A stretch of 64,000 bases of DNA from Pirellulaceae bacterium (GTDB taxonomy: Bacteria; Planctomycetota; Planctomycetia; Pirellulales; Pirellulaceae), in the NCBI GenBank assembly GCA_041399105.1, contig JAWKTL010000022.1, positions 27,597-91,596 of the forward strand, given 5' to 3'. Made by a program: the position numbers and the translations under genes. The notes beneath the pieces are model-generated. The model saw only the letters and a program-made list of their open reading frames with translations, was not told where the DNA came from and ran no database searches. Shown piece after piece: positions 45,701 to 56,575 of the stretch. Position 1 is the stretch's first letter, and each line of letters opens with the position of its first letter.

Positions 45701-46066
45701 TCGATGTTTGACGACGCCGATTTGTTGCAATGTTATCGTCGCAGCGAAAGCATTGTCCCACAACAGGCGCTGGCATTGGCCAACAGCGAGCTTTCGCTGA
45801 CGATGGCGGGGCGAATCGCGCGGCGTCTGGCCGAGGAAACGGAAGAGAAGCCGCTGGAGACTTTCATCGATCGTGCGTTTGAAATGCTCTTGGCACGCGT
45901 GCCGTCAGACAGCGAACGTGACGCCTGTTTGAAGTTTTGCGATCAATTGGGTAAAGGGGATTCGTCGAGTACGAACGCTGAAGAGGCCGTCGCAAGCGGA
46001 CGTCGTGTTCGTGAACGCTTGATCCATGCATTGCTGAACCACAACGATTTTATTTCGATTCGTTAA
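42744..46066 (+). CDS. Planctomycete cytochrome c / DUF1549 / DUF1553 (PSD1) protein (frameshift near 43470)
   Basis: [55 protein letters not shown]. Confidence 0.92.
43196..43272 (-). mobile_element. MITE family A, copy 8, in frame within the PSD1 gene
   Basis: TA at 43196 and 43271 (75 bp apart); translated as [25 protein letters not shown]. Confidence 0.85.
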
Positions 46067-46077
46067 GAGATCCTTTC

Positions 46078-47514
46078 ATGAGTCTGTTGCAGCAACGTCG
46101 TCATTTTCTCTCGCAGTCGGGTCTTGGCCTGGGATCGATCGCCCTGTCATCGATCTTGTCGTCCGATCGTCCAGTGACGGGGATGGGCTTGTCGGAGCCC
46201 GACGGTCGACCGCATTTCGCACCGAAGGCGAAGAGCGTTATCTGGTTGTTCATGCGAGGGGGTGTCAGTCATATGGAGAGCTTTGACCCCAAGCCGATGC
46301 TGAACGAATATGCCGGCAAGTCGATCGACGAGACTCCATTTAATAATGTCGACGATCCTGAAAAGCTGAAGCGCGTTCGCGTGGTTGTCGTCAACGACGC
46401 CAATGGGCAACAACGTAAGATGCTCTATCCATTGCAGGTGGGCTTCAAACCTCGAGGTGAAAGCGGAATCGAAGTCAGCGATTGGTTCGAGCATATTGGA
46501 TCGTGCATTGATGATATTGCGGTTGTTCGCGGGATGTGGACCACGGACGACAATCATGGCGCGCAAGTGCAGTTTCATTCGGGGCGACACATGCTCGATC
46601 CGCGGGTGCCCACGATTGGGGCGTGGATCAATTATGGCTTGGGAACGCTGAACGAGAATCTTCCGCAGTTCATCAGCATGGGGCCTCGCTTCTTTGATCG
46701 ACGCGATGGACACTATCTCGGTCCTGCCTACGACGCCGTGCAACTTAAAGTGGACCCGAGCAATCCGTTGGACTACGCTCAGCCGCAACAGCCTGTGTCG
46801 GCCAGGGAGCAACAATTGGGCTTCGAGCTGGTTCGCGAATTAAATCGGATCAGCGATGAAAGCTACCCGCAGGATGCCGCTCTGGATGCGCGGATCAAAT
46901 CGTACGAATTGGCGTTTCGGATGCAGACAGCGGTTCCGAATGTCATTCGCTTTGATCAAGAAACGGAAGCGACAAAGAAATTGTACGGCTTCGATCAGAA
47001 TGAGACGCGTCCCTTTGCGGAGCAACTGTTGACGGCGCGTCGTTTCGCCGAACAGGGAGTCCGTTTCATTCAGATCATGCATGGGGATGGCGCGGCGGGG
47101 GCGTGGGATCAGCATTCCAATCTTAAGGACATGCACAGCAAGTTGGCGATGCAGGTGGACCGCCCAATCGCCGGGCTGCTGACCGATTTAAAGCAACGCG
47201 GAATGCTGGATGAAACGCTCGTCGTCTTCGCGACCGAGTTTGGCCGGACACCCGGCTCCCAGGGGACCAATGGCCGCGATCACCATCCGTACGGTTTCAG
47301 TGTTTGGTTGGCTGGCGGCGGGATTCGTGGCGGGATTGCTCATGGCGCGACCGACGAAATCGGCTTTCATGCGGTGGAGAATCCTCATTACGTCACCGAT
47401 ATTCACGCCACCATCATGCATCAACTGGGACTTGATTCGCACCGCATGGAAGTCGCCGGGCACAAGCGATTGGAGCAGGACTTCGGGCACGTGATTCGAG
47501 AAATTCTCGTTTAA
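46078..47514 (+). CDS. DUF1501 protein
   Basis: Twin-Arg-like [48 protein letters not shown]. Confidence 0.93.
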   Translation: MSLLQQRRHFLSQSGLGLGSIALSSILSSDRPVTGMGLSEPDGRPHFAPKAKSVIWLFMRGGVSHMESFDPKPMLNEYAGKSIDETPFNNVDDPEKLKRVRVVVVNDANGQQRKMLYPLQVGFKPRGESGIEVSDWFEHIGSCIDDIAVVRGMWTTDDNHGAQVQFHSGRHMLDPRVPTIGAWINYGLGTLNENLPQFISMGPRFFDRRDGHYLGPAYDAVQLKVDPSNPLDYAQPQQPVSAREQQLGFELVRELNRISDESYPQDAALDARIKSYELAFRMQTAVPNVIRFDQETEATKKLYGFDQNETRPFAEQLLTARRFAEQGVRFIQIMHGDGAAGAWDQHSNLKDMHSKLAMQVDRPIAGLLTDLKQRGMLDETLVVFATEFGRTPGSQGTNGRDHHPYGFSVWLAGGGIRGGIAHGATDEIGFHAVENPHYVTDIHATIMHQLGLDSHRMEVAGHKRLEQDFGHVIREILV

Positions 47515-47676
47515 GAATCCATGCGAAATCCCCGCAGTTGGCGCTGTCGGCTCTCGTTTATTGGGATTGTTTCTAAGTTGCCTGCCGTCATTGGCTCCCT
47601 CAACCATTAAGAATCGACGCATCAATAACTGTCGAATTCATCATGGGAGGGCAATTATTTCTGAACGGATTCTAAT

Positions 47677-47739
47677 GAGCGCTTTTGATGTTATCTTGCG
47701 CCAATGTTTCTCAATTCACCTTGCGACCTGGTCGCTCTA
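47677..47739. repeat. Family B element, empty copy, overlapping a stop codon
   Basis: 63 bp aligned with 9057-9119; the terminal cta (47737-47739) is the TAG of the response regulator. Confidence 0.8.
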
Positions 47740-48102
47740 AGAAACGAGCAAATCGACTATTTGATCGAGCAAGCTTTCAAAGTCGATCGGTTTGGTGTGG
47801 TAAGCGTTACAGCCGACCTGCTGGGCATGTGGACGATCATCGACCATCGCGTGGGCTGTTAACGCAATGATGGGGACATCGGCGGTCGCTGGATGTTTTC
47901 GCAACTGACTGGTCGCTTCCCAACCATCCAGCTCCGGCATATTGATGTCCATCAAGATCAATGCCGGGTGCGAGTCGATGGCGATATCGACAGCCTGCTG
48001 TCCCGTTGCGGCCTTGAGGACGGCAAATCCATGATGTTGCAGCATTTTATCGACCATGTCGCGGATATCTTCGTTGTCATCAGCGATAAGAATTGTCGTC
48101 AT
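47737..48102 (-). CDS. Single-domain response regulator (DivK-like)
   Basis: ILIADDN, LILMDINMPELDG, IIALTAHAM, TKPID. Confidence 0.92.
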   Translation of the reverse strand: MTTILIADDNEDIRDMVDKMLQHHGFAVLKAATGQQAVDIAIDSHPALILMDINMPELDGWEATSQLRKHPATADVPIIALTAHAMVDDRPHAQQVGCNAYHTKPIDFESLLDQIVDLLVS

Positions 48103-48468
48103 ACACGTCGGTCTCGGCGGAGAAGTGGGATTCCGATCACATGGAGGCAACCGGCTGCCCCAAGCAATGCAACGGTTATGCCGACAATATCACTGTGGTT
48201 GATAAAGTTTGCCGCTTGCGAAGAGTTCGGCGATTAAGTCAACCGTGTTTGCTAGCCGATGTTTTCACTGTGAGCCAAGAAGGGAATCACAATTCCAGCA
48301 GGGATTCGCTGGTGCCATTATGTGGATAACGCGACACGGTCGGTCAGTCTTCAAATGTTGAGCCGCATTTGAGGCTGTTTTTGCCCCGATCGCGTGTGAA
48401 CCACATCGCCCAGCCGCAATCAGACTCGTGGATGCGGCCTCGTAGACCCCATTACCTGGACTGACATT

Positions 48469-49995
48469 GTGACCTTGCAGATTCCCGATTACCTTCGAAT
48501 TCACGCAGACGATAGTGTCTCCTCCCGAAAGTTGGTCAGCGGTGACGACATGTCCGCCTTTTGGCAGGCTTATGTCGACGTCACAGGCTGGAGGGTTGAA
48601 GCGTCATCGGATTGGAAATTGCAACGGCCCCACCTGTTGCCGGCTTTCAATCATGGCATGATGGACTTCGACTCGACCGACCAGATACCGGCGGTTTCCA
48701 AAGGGGCAGCTCAAAAGCTTGCCGAAGCCGCGTCGCGAATCGCCGTCCGTCTGCGTGAATTCGAGGCGACCATGCGCGTCGACCAAGCGGCTTCCGCCGT
48801 CGATGACTTTCGGAAAGTAGGGGCTTCTCCCGCACAGTCCCTAGCGGATCGCTTGCAAGACATTCTTCAGGACACCGCATTGGCGACAGGTGGCGACGCC
48901 GTCGGACTTTACTTGCTTGACGATGATACGCAATTTCTCAAGCTGCGAGCGGCGATCGGCTTGCCCGCGTCAAGACTCTCCGATCCGCCAAGGATGTTAC
49001 GCGGCGCGCTGGGGGATCTGGAGGCGTTGGTCTCCTCCGTGGTGACGATTGAAGATATCGCGCGGATGCCGCATTGGCAAAGCCCTGAAGATCGCGGAGC
49101 GGCGCTGGTCGTCGCCATTCGACAAGGGGACCTGCCCGTGGGAACGCTGTGGATTTGGAGCGATCAGCCACGAGATTTTAAACCGTCGCACGAAGCATCG
49201 GCTCGACTGGCGTCCGAACGACTTTCGTTGGAACTGCAGCAGGAGGCGCGTCGCGAGCAGGATGGTCAGGCTAAAGAGTATCGCCGACAACTTCGCTCCG
49301 CCACGGCTTGGCAGCATCGGCTACTTCCAGCTAGCGTTCCCCTGGATGCTTGTTGGGAAGCATCTGGTTGGACGGAGTCGACAAACGATTTGAGCGCTCA
49401 GTGGTACGCGTGGGACGTTCTCCCGGACGGCAATATCGCCATCGCCTTGGCGTCCGCCGAAGCGTCCGGCATCGAAGGGGCTTTGATTGCCGCCGCATCA
49501 AGAACCGCGTGGCAGGCGCACTGCGGATATCGACATCAGACACATCAGTTGCTCAGTCGCGTCAACGACACCTTGTGGCAATCCTCGACAGGCGAGCAGC
49601 GGACGGGAATGATCTACGCCAAGATCGATCCCGAAACGGGCGAGGGGCAGTACTCAACCGCCGGTCATCTTCAGGCGTTCGTCGTTAACAAGTTTGGATA
49701 CCGACCCGTCTGCACTGAATGCGAATCGTTGGGACACGATCCAACGTTGCGTCTGCAAAGCCGAGCAATTCGTCTGTTGCCGGGCGATTCCCTCGTTCTC
49801 GTCAGTCACGGGTCGATCACCTCGAACGATCTGCCGCAAGCGGGACGACTGACCCAGCAGGAGATCGTGTCTTGTATTCATGAACAGTGGCCGAACTCCG
49901 AACAAGCATTGGCGAGTTTGCGACGACAATATGCAACCTTGGGTAAGAGCGGCGAAGATCGAAGCATCGTGATCCTGCATCATAAGTGCGGTTAG
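48469..49995 (+). CDS. GAF + SpoIIE (PP2C-like) domain protein
   Basis: GAF (LYLLDDDT..LKLRAAIGL...VGTLW), WQHRLLP, YAKIDPETG...TAGH, GDSLVLVSHG, EDRSIV. Confidence 0.8.
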   Translation: MTLQIPDYLRIHADDSVSSRKLVSGDDMSAFWQAYVDVTGWRVEASSDWKLQRPHLLPAFNHGMMDFDSTDQIPAVSKGAAQKLAEAASRIAVRLREFEATMRVDQAASAVDDFRKVGASPAQSLADRLQDILQDTALATGGDAVGLYLLDDDTQFLKLRAAIGLPASRLSDPPRMLRGALGDLEALVSSVVTIEDIARMPHWQSPEDRGAALVVAIRQGDLPVGTLWIWSDQPRDFKPSHEASARLASERLSLELQQEARREQDGQAKEYRRQLRSATAWQHRLLPASVPLDACWEASGWTESTNDLSAQWYAWDVLPDGNIAIALASAEASGIEGALIAAASRTAWQAHCGYRHQTHQLLSRVNDTLWQSSTGEQRTGMIYAKIDPETGEGQYSTAGHLQAFVVNKFGYRPVCTECESLGHDPTLRLQSRAIRLLPGDSLVLVSHGSITSNDLPQAGRLTQQEIVSCIHEQWPNSEQALASLRRQYATLGKSGEDRSIVILHHKCG

Positions 49996-50090
49996 GTCAC
50001 ATTGCGCGGTGATTAGGCATCGCAAGCACGGAATTCACGGTTTTCGGTCGGTTTCAATCCACTTGGCTGCGGCCTGTTGCGAGGCTGCGA

Positions 50091-50131
50091 ACCAGGGCGA
50101 ACGCACTTTAGCGAGTCGCGTTCGCCCTGGT
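50091..50131. terminator. Hairpin between convergent genes
   Basis: 14-bp stem accagggcgaacgc / gcgttcgccctggt. Confidence 0.6.
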
Positions 50132-50142
50132 AAGCTTTATGG

Positions 50143-50844
50143 TTAGCTTTGATTTTGACGAATCAATTTAATAATCCCCGAAGGATCGGGGAGTCGCTTG
50201 GCGACGACTTCCAGATCGTCTTGTCCGGAACTGGATATTCCAATGCCGCCCACGTTCAGCCAACGTTGCATGATCGTTTGATCGAGTTGAATATTGCGAA
50301 CGTCGTCATGCTGGACTTCCGATGTGTCACGAGAAATGATTCCCTCTTTGTAGATCGTCCGATCATCGGTTACGGTCAACGTGGTGAAGCGACTTAAGAG
50401 GGTCCAGTATCCGATCGTCACGGCGATTGCCAGCAAGATCGCTGCGCAAACCCACATCAGCAAAGAAGCGGGTCCCAGCACTGGTGTGTCGTTTAGGGCG
50501 ACGCCAGCGACGACGGTCCCGGTGAACGAAAGAACGATCAGGATGATCGAGGCGACGCCCAGAATGAAGATGCCCAGTGCCGCTGCCGGTCGCGAACGAA
50601 AGATGACTGGATGAATGCGAGCAAGCGTGCGTTCTTCCGGTTCGGTCGCAATACGATTTTGGTTTTCGGCGTCGTCCGTTATCTCTTCGACCGCCGAAAC
50701 AATGGCCGTCGGCATTTCCATTTCGAACGGCTTGTCACAGTGCGGGCAGATGATGGGGCCGCCCGCCTGGTCGATCGTCCCGTCGACTTGTTTCTTGCAA
50801 TAGGGACAATTCATCGTCAGGACTTGCATTTCGTCGGCTCCCAT
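50143..50844 (-). CDS. Zinc-ribbon + bPH_2 membrane protein
   Basis: CPYC...CPHC, two TM helices, GIISRDTSEV...DVRNIQLDQ...QRWLNVG. Confidence 0.8.
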   Translation of the reverse strand: MGADEMQVLTMNCPYCKKQVDGTIDQAGGPIICPHCDKPFEMEMPTAIVSAVEEITDDAENQNRIATEPEERTLARIHPVIFRSRPAAALGIFILGVASIILIVLSFTGTVVAGVALNDTPVLGPASLLMWVCAAILLAIAVTIGYWTLLSRFTTLTVTDDRTIYKEGIISRDTSEVQHDDVRNIQLDQTIMQRWLNVGGIGISSSGQDDLEVVAKRLPDPSGIIKLIRQNQS

Positions 50845-51158
50845 GATCAGTATTCATTTCGGCAACAACATCGCCGCTGGTCCGCATGCCGGATCGCTTC
50901 TTCAGTGAATGGGCATGAACATTCGTCTCTCAACGCACATTTCATACCAGCGATAGGTGAAAACGGATCGTTGGCCCCGAGGAATGCGGCGAATCCTGCG
51001 GGCCAATGAACCGTCTGCTTCGAAAAATCGTGATCATTCAGCTTTTTTGCTGGTCAACGAGCACTAGGGTTCTCTTTGCCGCCCGGTGCGATACGATATT
51101 GCAAGCGAACTTTTCGCACGACGTGAGCTTTCGTTTAATTTGGCAGGAGTCAGCCGAA

Positions 51159-52874
51159 ATGGTTATCAGCAACTTTCGTTTCTCGCCTCTGATCCTCGCC
51201 TTGCTGGCCATCGGTTTCTTGGCGTCAGTTTCGTTGGGGCAGGATGAGCCCCCTGCGGATGCGGCGATTTCGTTGGTGGAGTCGGCGGATGACGAGACAG
51301 CCGACTGGATAGCAACCATCGACGGCTGGTTCGGAACTTATCTAGTCGGTCCCTTGGCGAAACTCTTCTTCTACGATTTTCACACGGGGATTCCATTTGT
51401 CGTCGCTTGGCTTCTTGTCGGCGGTATCTTTCTTACCTTGCGGATGGCCTTCATCAACATTCGCGGGTTCTGGCATGCGATTCGTTTGACACGCGGCGAC
51501 TACGATGATCCCGAAGATGTCGGGGAGGTTTCCCATTTTCAGGCGCTAGCCGCCGCACTGAGCGCTACGGTTGGCTTGGGCAACATCGGTGGGGTTGCGG
51601 TCGCGATTGGACTCGGTGGTCCTGGAGCGGCCTTTTGGATCTTCATCGTCGGATTCTTGGGAATGAGTACGAAGTTTGCCGAATGTTCATTGGGGCAGAT
51701 CTATCGAACGACCGACGGCGCGGGACATACGCTTGGCGGTCCGATGCGTTACTTGCGGGCCGGCTTGGACGAACTAGGAATCGGATTGCTGGGAACATTG
51801 TTGAGCACTTTGTTTGCAATCTTGTGCATCGGCGCAAGCTTTGGCGGCGGGAATGCCTATCAGGTTAGCCAGTCGTTGTCGGCGATCAAAACGGAGGTTG
51901 TTTTTCTGCAGGATTATCCATGGGTTTACGGGATCGTTCTGGCCGCGGCCGTCGGCGCGGTGATCATTGGCGGCATCAAATCGATTGGTAAAGTGGCTTC
52001 ACGAATCGTCCCATTGATGTGCTTTGCCTATGTGATCGCCGCGATGTGGATTTTGCTTCAAAACCTTTCCGCAATTCCGGCTGCCTTTCGTTTGATCATA
52101 TCGAGCGCGTTTGAACCGTACGCGCCATTGGCGGGCGGATCGATCGCGGTTCTAGTGATGGGGATCCAGCGTGCCGTTTTCAGTAACGAAGCGGGAGTCG
52201 GTTCTGCGGCCATCGCGCATTCGGCCGCAAAGACGAAGGAACCAGTCAGCGAGGGAATTGTTGCGTTGCTGGAACCATTCATCGATACGATGGTCGTCTG
52301 CACCATTACCGCGTTGGTTCTTGTCGTCAGTGGCACCTACAACGCAAGTCCGCCGGATGAGGCGGCGAAGGATCGATTTGCTTTCGTCGATATCCATTCC
52401 CCTGATACCGTCGTCATGTCGGTCTTTGGATCGATCGATCCGCAGACGCCCGTCGATCAACAGGCAGAAGCGGCGAGAGTGAAGCTGAACGAGATGATCG
52501 CGGCAAAAGAGGGAGCAGGTATGACGCTGATTGCATTTCGCAGCAGCGGATTCCATTGGTTTGGTTACATCCTTTTCGCAGCCGTCGTCCTGTTCGCGTT
52601 CTCGACGTGTATCTCGTGGTCGTACTACGGCGAACGATGCTGGGTCGGGCTGTTCGGATCCGAAGCGTCGATGATCTACAAGATCTTGTTTGTGATCTTC
52701 ACGTTTCTGGGTTCGATTGTGACGGCAACGAACATTCTCGACTTCAGCGACCTGATGATTCTTGGCATGTCACTTCCGAACCTGTTCGGCGTCTTTTTGC
52801 TCAGCGGAGTCGTGAAACGAGCGCTCGATGGGTATTGGAAGAAATACAAAGCGGGTGAGCTGAAACGGTTTTGA
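51159..52874 (+). CDS. Alanine/glycine:cation symporter (AGCS family)
   Basis: SHFQALAAALSATVGLGNIGGVA, GGPGAAFW, GGPM.YL, FSNEAGVGS, SWSYYGE; GGAG before the ATG. Confidence 0.93.
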   Translation: MVISNFRFSPLILALLAIGFLASVSLGQDEPPADAAISLVESADDETADWIATIDGWFGTYLVGPLAKLFFYDFHTGIPFVVAWLLVGGIFLTLRMAFINIRGFWHAIRLTRGDYDDPEDVGEVSHFQALAAALSATVGLGNIGGVAVAIGLGGPGAAFWIFIVGFLGMSTKFAECSLGQIYRTTDGAGHTLGGPMRYLRAGLDELGIGLLGTLLSTLFAILCIGASFGGGNAYQVSQSLSAIKTEVVFLQDYPWVYGIVLAAAVGAVIIGGIKSIGKVASRIVPLMCFAYVIAAMWILLQNLSAIPAAFRLIISSAFEPYAPLAGGSIAVLVMGIQRAVFSNEAGVGSAAIAHSAAKTKEPVSEGIVALLEPFIDTMVVCTITALVLVVSGTYNASPPDEAAKDRFAFVDIHSPDTVVMSVFGSIDPQTPVDQQAEAARVKLNEMIAAKEGAGMTLIAFRSSGFHWFGYILFAAVVLFAFSTCISWSYYGERCWVGLFGSEASMIYKILFVIFTFLGSIVTATNILDFSDLMILGMSLPNLFGVFLLSGVVKRALDGYWKKYKAGELKRF

Positions 52875-52894
52875 TGCAATCTGAATACGAATAA

Positions 52895-52939
52895 CGGCAC
52901 GTTGCATGTGCCCCAGAATTGGTTCCATGCAACGTGCCG
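52895..52939. terminator. Hairpin after the symporter
   Basis: 14-bp stem cggcacgttgcatg / catgcaacgtgccg. Confidence 0.6.
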
Positions 52940-53133
52940 CTGCCGTTTGCCCCGTAACAAAATTGCCCCATTCAATGATATCGACCGTCCCGCACGCAAA
53001 CTTGCCGGGAAACAAACCGCTGGCACGCTTCGCAGATGCAGGATTATTGATGGCAACGATTAAGCCAATAAATGAGGTCTATGGCGTTGATTGCGGTTCA
53101 ATAGATCCACACGAATGGCGGTTCATAGCAACA

Positions 53134-53862
53134 TCATGAGACCAGATCGCGAAGGATCTGTGGTAAGACATTCCAGGTATCCATATACGTCGCTTCCAGT
53201 GGGACATTGATGTAGAAGTCGTTTTTAAGGAACAGCGGCATTTCCGGAATGGATTGTCCCACCGTAAATGGTTCGACATAGGCGGTCTTAATTGGCTCGG
53301 CTTGATACGCAGCCAGCGTTAACTGGCGATCTTCGGGGAGAGCAAACGGTTCGTCGCTGATCTCGTCCCAGATCACTTTATGGATTCCTTGCGGATCGCG
53401 AGGGCTGGGCGGAAATGGGTCGATCACCAACAGATTAATCGTGTCATACAACAGGTCGACGGTTTTTTCGACGAATGTCCGTATGGCATGACGAGAATGC
53501 TTATTGCCTGGAGAAACGAGTTCGACGACAGCAACAACCTTCCCAAGCGAATGGCGAACCACAACACGATTCGCTTTCGCGGCATAGCGATCGACTTCGA
53601 CAGGGATCACAAATTCCGTTTTCGGTTTTGGCGGAGCTTCGGTAAGTGTTGCGGTGTTGCCTTCGCTGGCTGGAAACACGATATCATTTTGCTGCAGCGT
53701 GACCACATCCGGTTCGGGACCGCCAATGACTTGTTCAGCCATGGCGATCATGCCCTTCGGCAACAGTCCATCGTTCAAGCGATCCATGATCGCAGCAATC
53801 CATCGAAAGTGAAAGTTATGATAGATCCCGGCTTGGACGCGAGACCAGTCGTGCATGGGCAT
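53134..53862 (-). CDS. DUF4058-like protein (PD-(D/E)xK fold)
   Basis: MPMHDWSRV.AG.YH.FH..WI, EPDV, VELVSPGNK, MPLFL...VPLEATY. Confidence 0.75.
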   Translation of the reverse strand: MPMHDWSRVQAGIYHNFHFRWIAAIMDRLNDGLLPKGMIAMAEQVIGGPEPDVVTLQQNDIVFPASEGNTATLTEAPPKPKTEFVIPVEVDRYAAKANRVVVRHSLGKVVAVVELVSPGNKHSRHAIRTFVEKTVDLLYDTINLLVIDPFPPSPRDPQGIHKVIWDEISDEPFALPEDRQLTLAAYQAEPIKTAYVEPFTVGQSIPEMPLFLKNDFYINVPLEATYMDTWNVLPQILRDLVS

Positions 53863-53955
53863 GAGAGTAACTCCCAGGGCTTCGTTTATTGATGCTGCAA
53901 TCCGTCATCTGCCTGTGTAAAGGATAGCCGATCTCGCAAGCGTTTGCCAAGTCGA

Positions 53956-54695
53956 TCATGTGGACACGCTGGCGAGGAATTGTCGAGTGAACTCGCTACG
54001 CGGGTCGGAGAAGATCTGTTCAGGCGGCCCCGTTTCAATAATCTGTCCTCCATTGAGAATCGCGACGCGATCAGCGACCGATCGAGCGAATCCCATCGCG
54101 TGGGTGACGACAATCATGCCTTGCCCGCTGGTTGCTAGATCGGCCATGACGCTGATGACCTCCGAGGTTGTTTGCGGATCGAGCGCGCTAGTCGGTTCGT
54201 CAAAGAGAATGGCATCGGGTTTCATCGCCAGCGTCCGCGCGATTGCGACACGTTGTTGCTGGCCTCCGGACAAAGCGGTGGGACTTTCATCTTCCTTATG
54301 CGCCATTCCAACGCGTTGCAGCAACTGCCGAGCATTGGCGACCGCTTGTTCGCGTGATTGTTTCAAAACATGAATGGGTCCTTCAATGACATTTTCCAGA
54401 ACCGTACGATGAGGGAACAAGTTGAACTGTTGGAAGACCATGCCAACCCGTCGGCGTATCCGTGCCAATGCCTGATCACGCAGAGGTCCTGGATTCGCAT
54501 CGAGCAAAATTTCGTCGACGCAAATCGTCCCCGAATCGAAACCCTCCAATCCATTGATCGTTCGCAGGAGCGTGCTTTTCCGCTTCCCGACGGACCAAGC
54601 AAGACACAGACTTCTCCTTTCGCAACGGAGAGTGAAACGCCACGCAAGACTTCCACCGCACCGTATCGTTTGACGAGGTTGTTGATCTGAATCAT
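53956..54695 (-). CDS. Polar amino-acid ABC transporter ATPase (frameshift near 54580)
   Basis: GPSGSGK(S)TLLR, LSGGQQQRVAIAR, LFDEPTSALDP, VVTH. Confidence 0.9.
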
Positions 54696-56235
54696 TTTCG
54701 CTGACCTCGATTGAGTCGATTTTCCAGATGGCGAGCCAGAGAGAAAGAGGGTAGCTCATCGCTAGGTACAAGAACGCCGTCAGAATGCCCAGTTCGACAA
54801 TCGCTCCCGTGCTACGAGCCTGGATGTAGTACTCCTTTGAAACTTCGACAACGGTGATCACTGAACAGACGGCGGTGTCCTTGAAGAGTGCGATGAAATC
54901 ATTGGTCACCGGCGGAATCACCAGTCGAGTCGCTTGCGGGATGATCACCCGACGGACAGCCAAGTTGCGGCTCATGCCGAGCGACAACGCGGCTTCCATT
55001 TGGCCGCGTGGAATGGCTTGCAGTCCGGCGCGGTATATTTCCGCTTCGTAGGCGGAGTAGTTGATGGCCAATCCCATTACAGCCGCCCAAAACGCATGGA
55101 TGGAGATTCCAATCTCCGGCAGCAGGAAGAAGATGACGTAAAGCTGTAAGACCAATGGCGTACCGCGAACCAGTTCGATGTAAATCGACGCGAACCACGC
55201 GAACACCTTCGGCCCATACTGGCGAACGAGCGCTAACATTAATCCTGCGATGACGGCCAAAGGCATTGCGGTCACGGCAGAGTGCGATCGTCATCCCCGC
55301 AGCCCGCACCAGCAAATCGCCACGCTGAGCGATCACTTCCCAACCGCGCACCGCACGGTAACTTTCAACGGCGGATGCGTCGGATGCATCGATTGGGTTT
55401 ACTGCCTGCGCCGTAAACTCGCCGTCGGTGTTTACCTCCAGCACGCTGTGCTTGCTGCTCGTTCCAAAGATCATACTTTGCGAGAATGCGATGCAAGCTG
55501 CCATCATGCATCGCATCAAGGATCGCCGCATTGATCGCTTTCAAGAGTTCCGGTTCATTTTTGCGAACCATCACCACATAAAAACCTCGACCGACCGGGT
55601 CGCCGACCGGTCGCAGTTCAGGAAATCCGCTCTTGAAGAATGTCCAGACGGGCAGATCCTGAAGGTTGGCGTCGATGCCATCGACCGCCAGTTCCGTCCC
55701 CGCATCGCATCGGTTGCACCGTCAAACAAGACGATATCAACATTCGGCGCGTGCTCCAAAAGATAATCATGCGGCCGAACCGCCGAGGACGCAGACTCGC
55801 CGCCGTTGACCGTCGGAAGCTTCCCGCAGATCGTCCCAAGATGTCAACGCGGAATCTTCACGACGTCCCAGCAACTGAAGCTGGTAGATATAGTACGGGA
55901 TGCTCAAGCCAAAGCGATCGGCTCGCTCGGGAGACCATTCGTAACCATTAAGCACGATGTCGATATCGCCTCGATTTAAGAGATCGGGAAGCTTGTCCCA
56001 TTGCCCCTGAGTGAACTGAGGACGCACTCCGATCCGCGTGGCTAGCCGGTCGGCGATTTCAACCTCGAACCCGATCCGTCGACTTGCGTCATCCGGCGAA
56101 GGAAAAACAAAAGGCCCTCCGCCTTCCTCATCCGCGCTCCCAGCGTAGAACACCTCGCTGCCGAATTTCAGCGAGCCCGTCATTCGCACGAATCGATGCC
56201 GCACAGAATAGCAAGGCGACCGCAATCGCCGACAT
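54692..56235 (-). CDS. Fused amino-acid ABC substrate-binding/permease protein (several frameshifts)
   Basis: DEEGGGPF, GFEVEIA, IDIVLNGYE; RGTPLVLQL, AYEAEIYRAGLQAIPRGQMEAA..LG; ATGA overlap with the ATPase. Confidence 0.85.
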
Positions 56236-56438
56236 ATATACCGTCTGTCTCACATCATTGTTCCCGTAAGCGGAAAAACGCGATTGCGAAGTTTTCGTCA
56301 ATTTAGCAGCGACGCTGAGGTTGGAGCAATCGGCCACCGGCAACCCGACCGTAGGTTCGCCATCACACTCTTGAAGGAAGCCGCTTCAGGCACAGGCACG
56401 CAGCGATTCGACGAACGAATATCTTTCAAAGAAGAACG

Positions 56439-56575
56439 TAGAGCGACCACGTCGCAAGGCCAACTGAAAAACTTAACGCGATATATACGTCGCGTGGCCG
56501 AAAATGAGGTGATTCGCTTCATTAAATGCAAAAGCAAAATTCCAGACCACGCACGGTATAACATCAAACGCGGTG
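56439..56575. mobile_element. Family B element carrying MITE A copy 9 (56484-56560)
   Basis: tagagcgaccacgtcgcaagg...cgcgata-TA-[73 bp]-TA-acatcaaacgcg. Confidence 0.85.

Noticed and set aside
53956-55275. 439-aa permease-ATPase fusion ORF
   Set aside because: Compensating indels join two frames; the ATPase has its own start at 54695 with Walker A in another frame.
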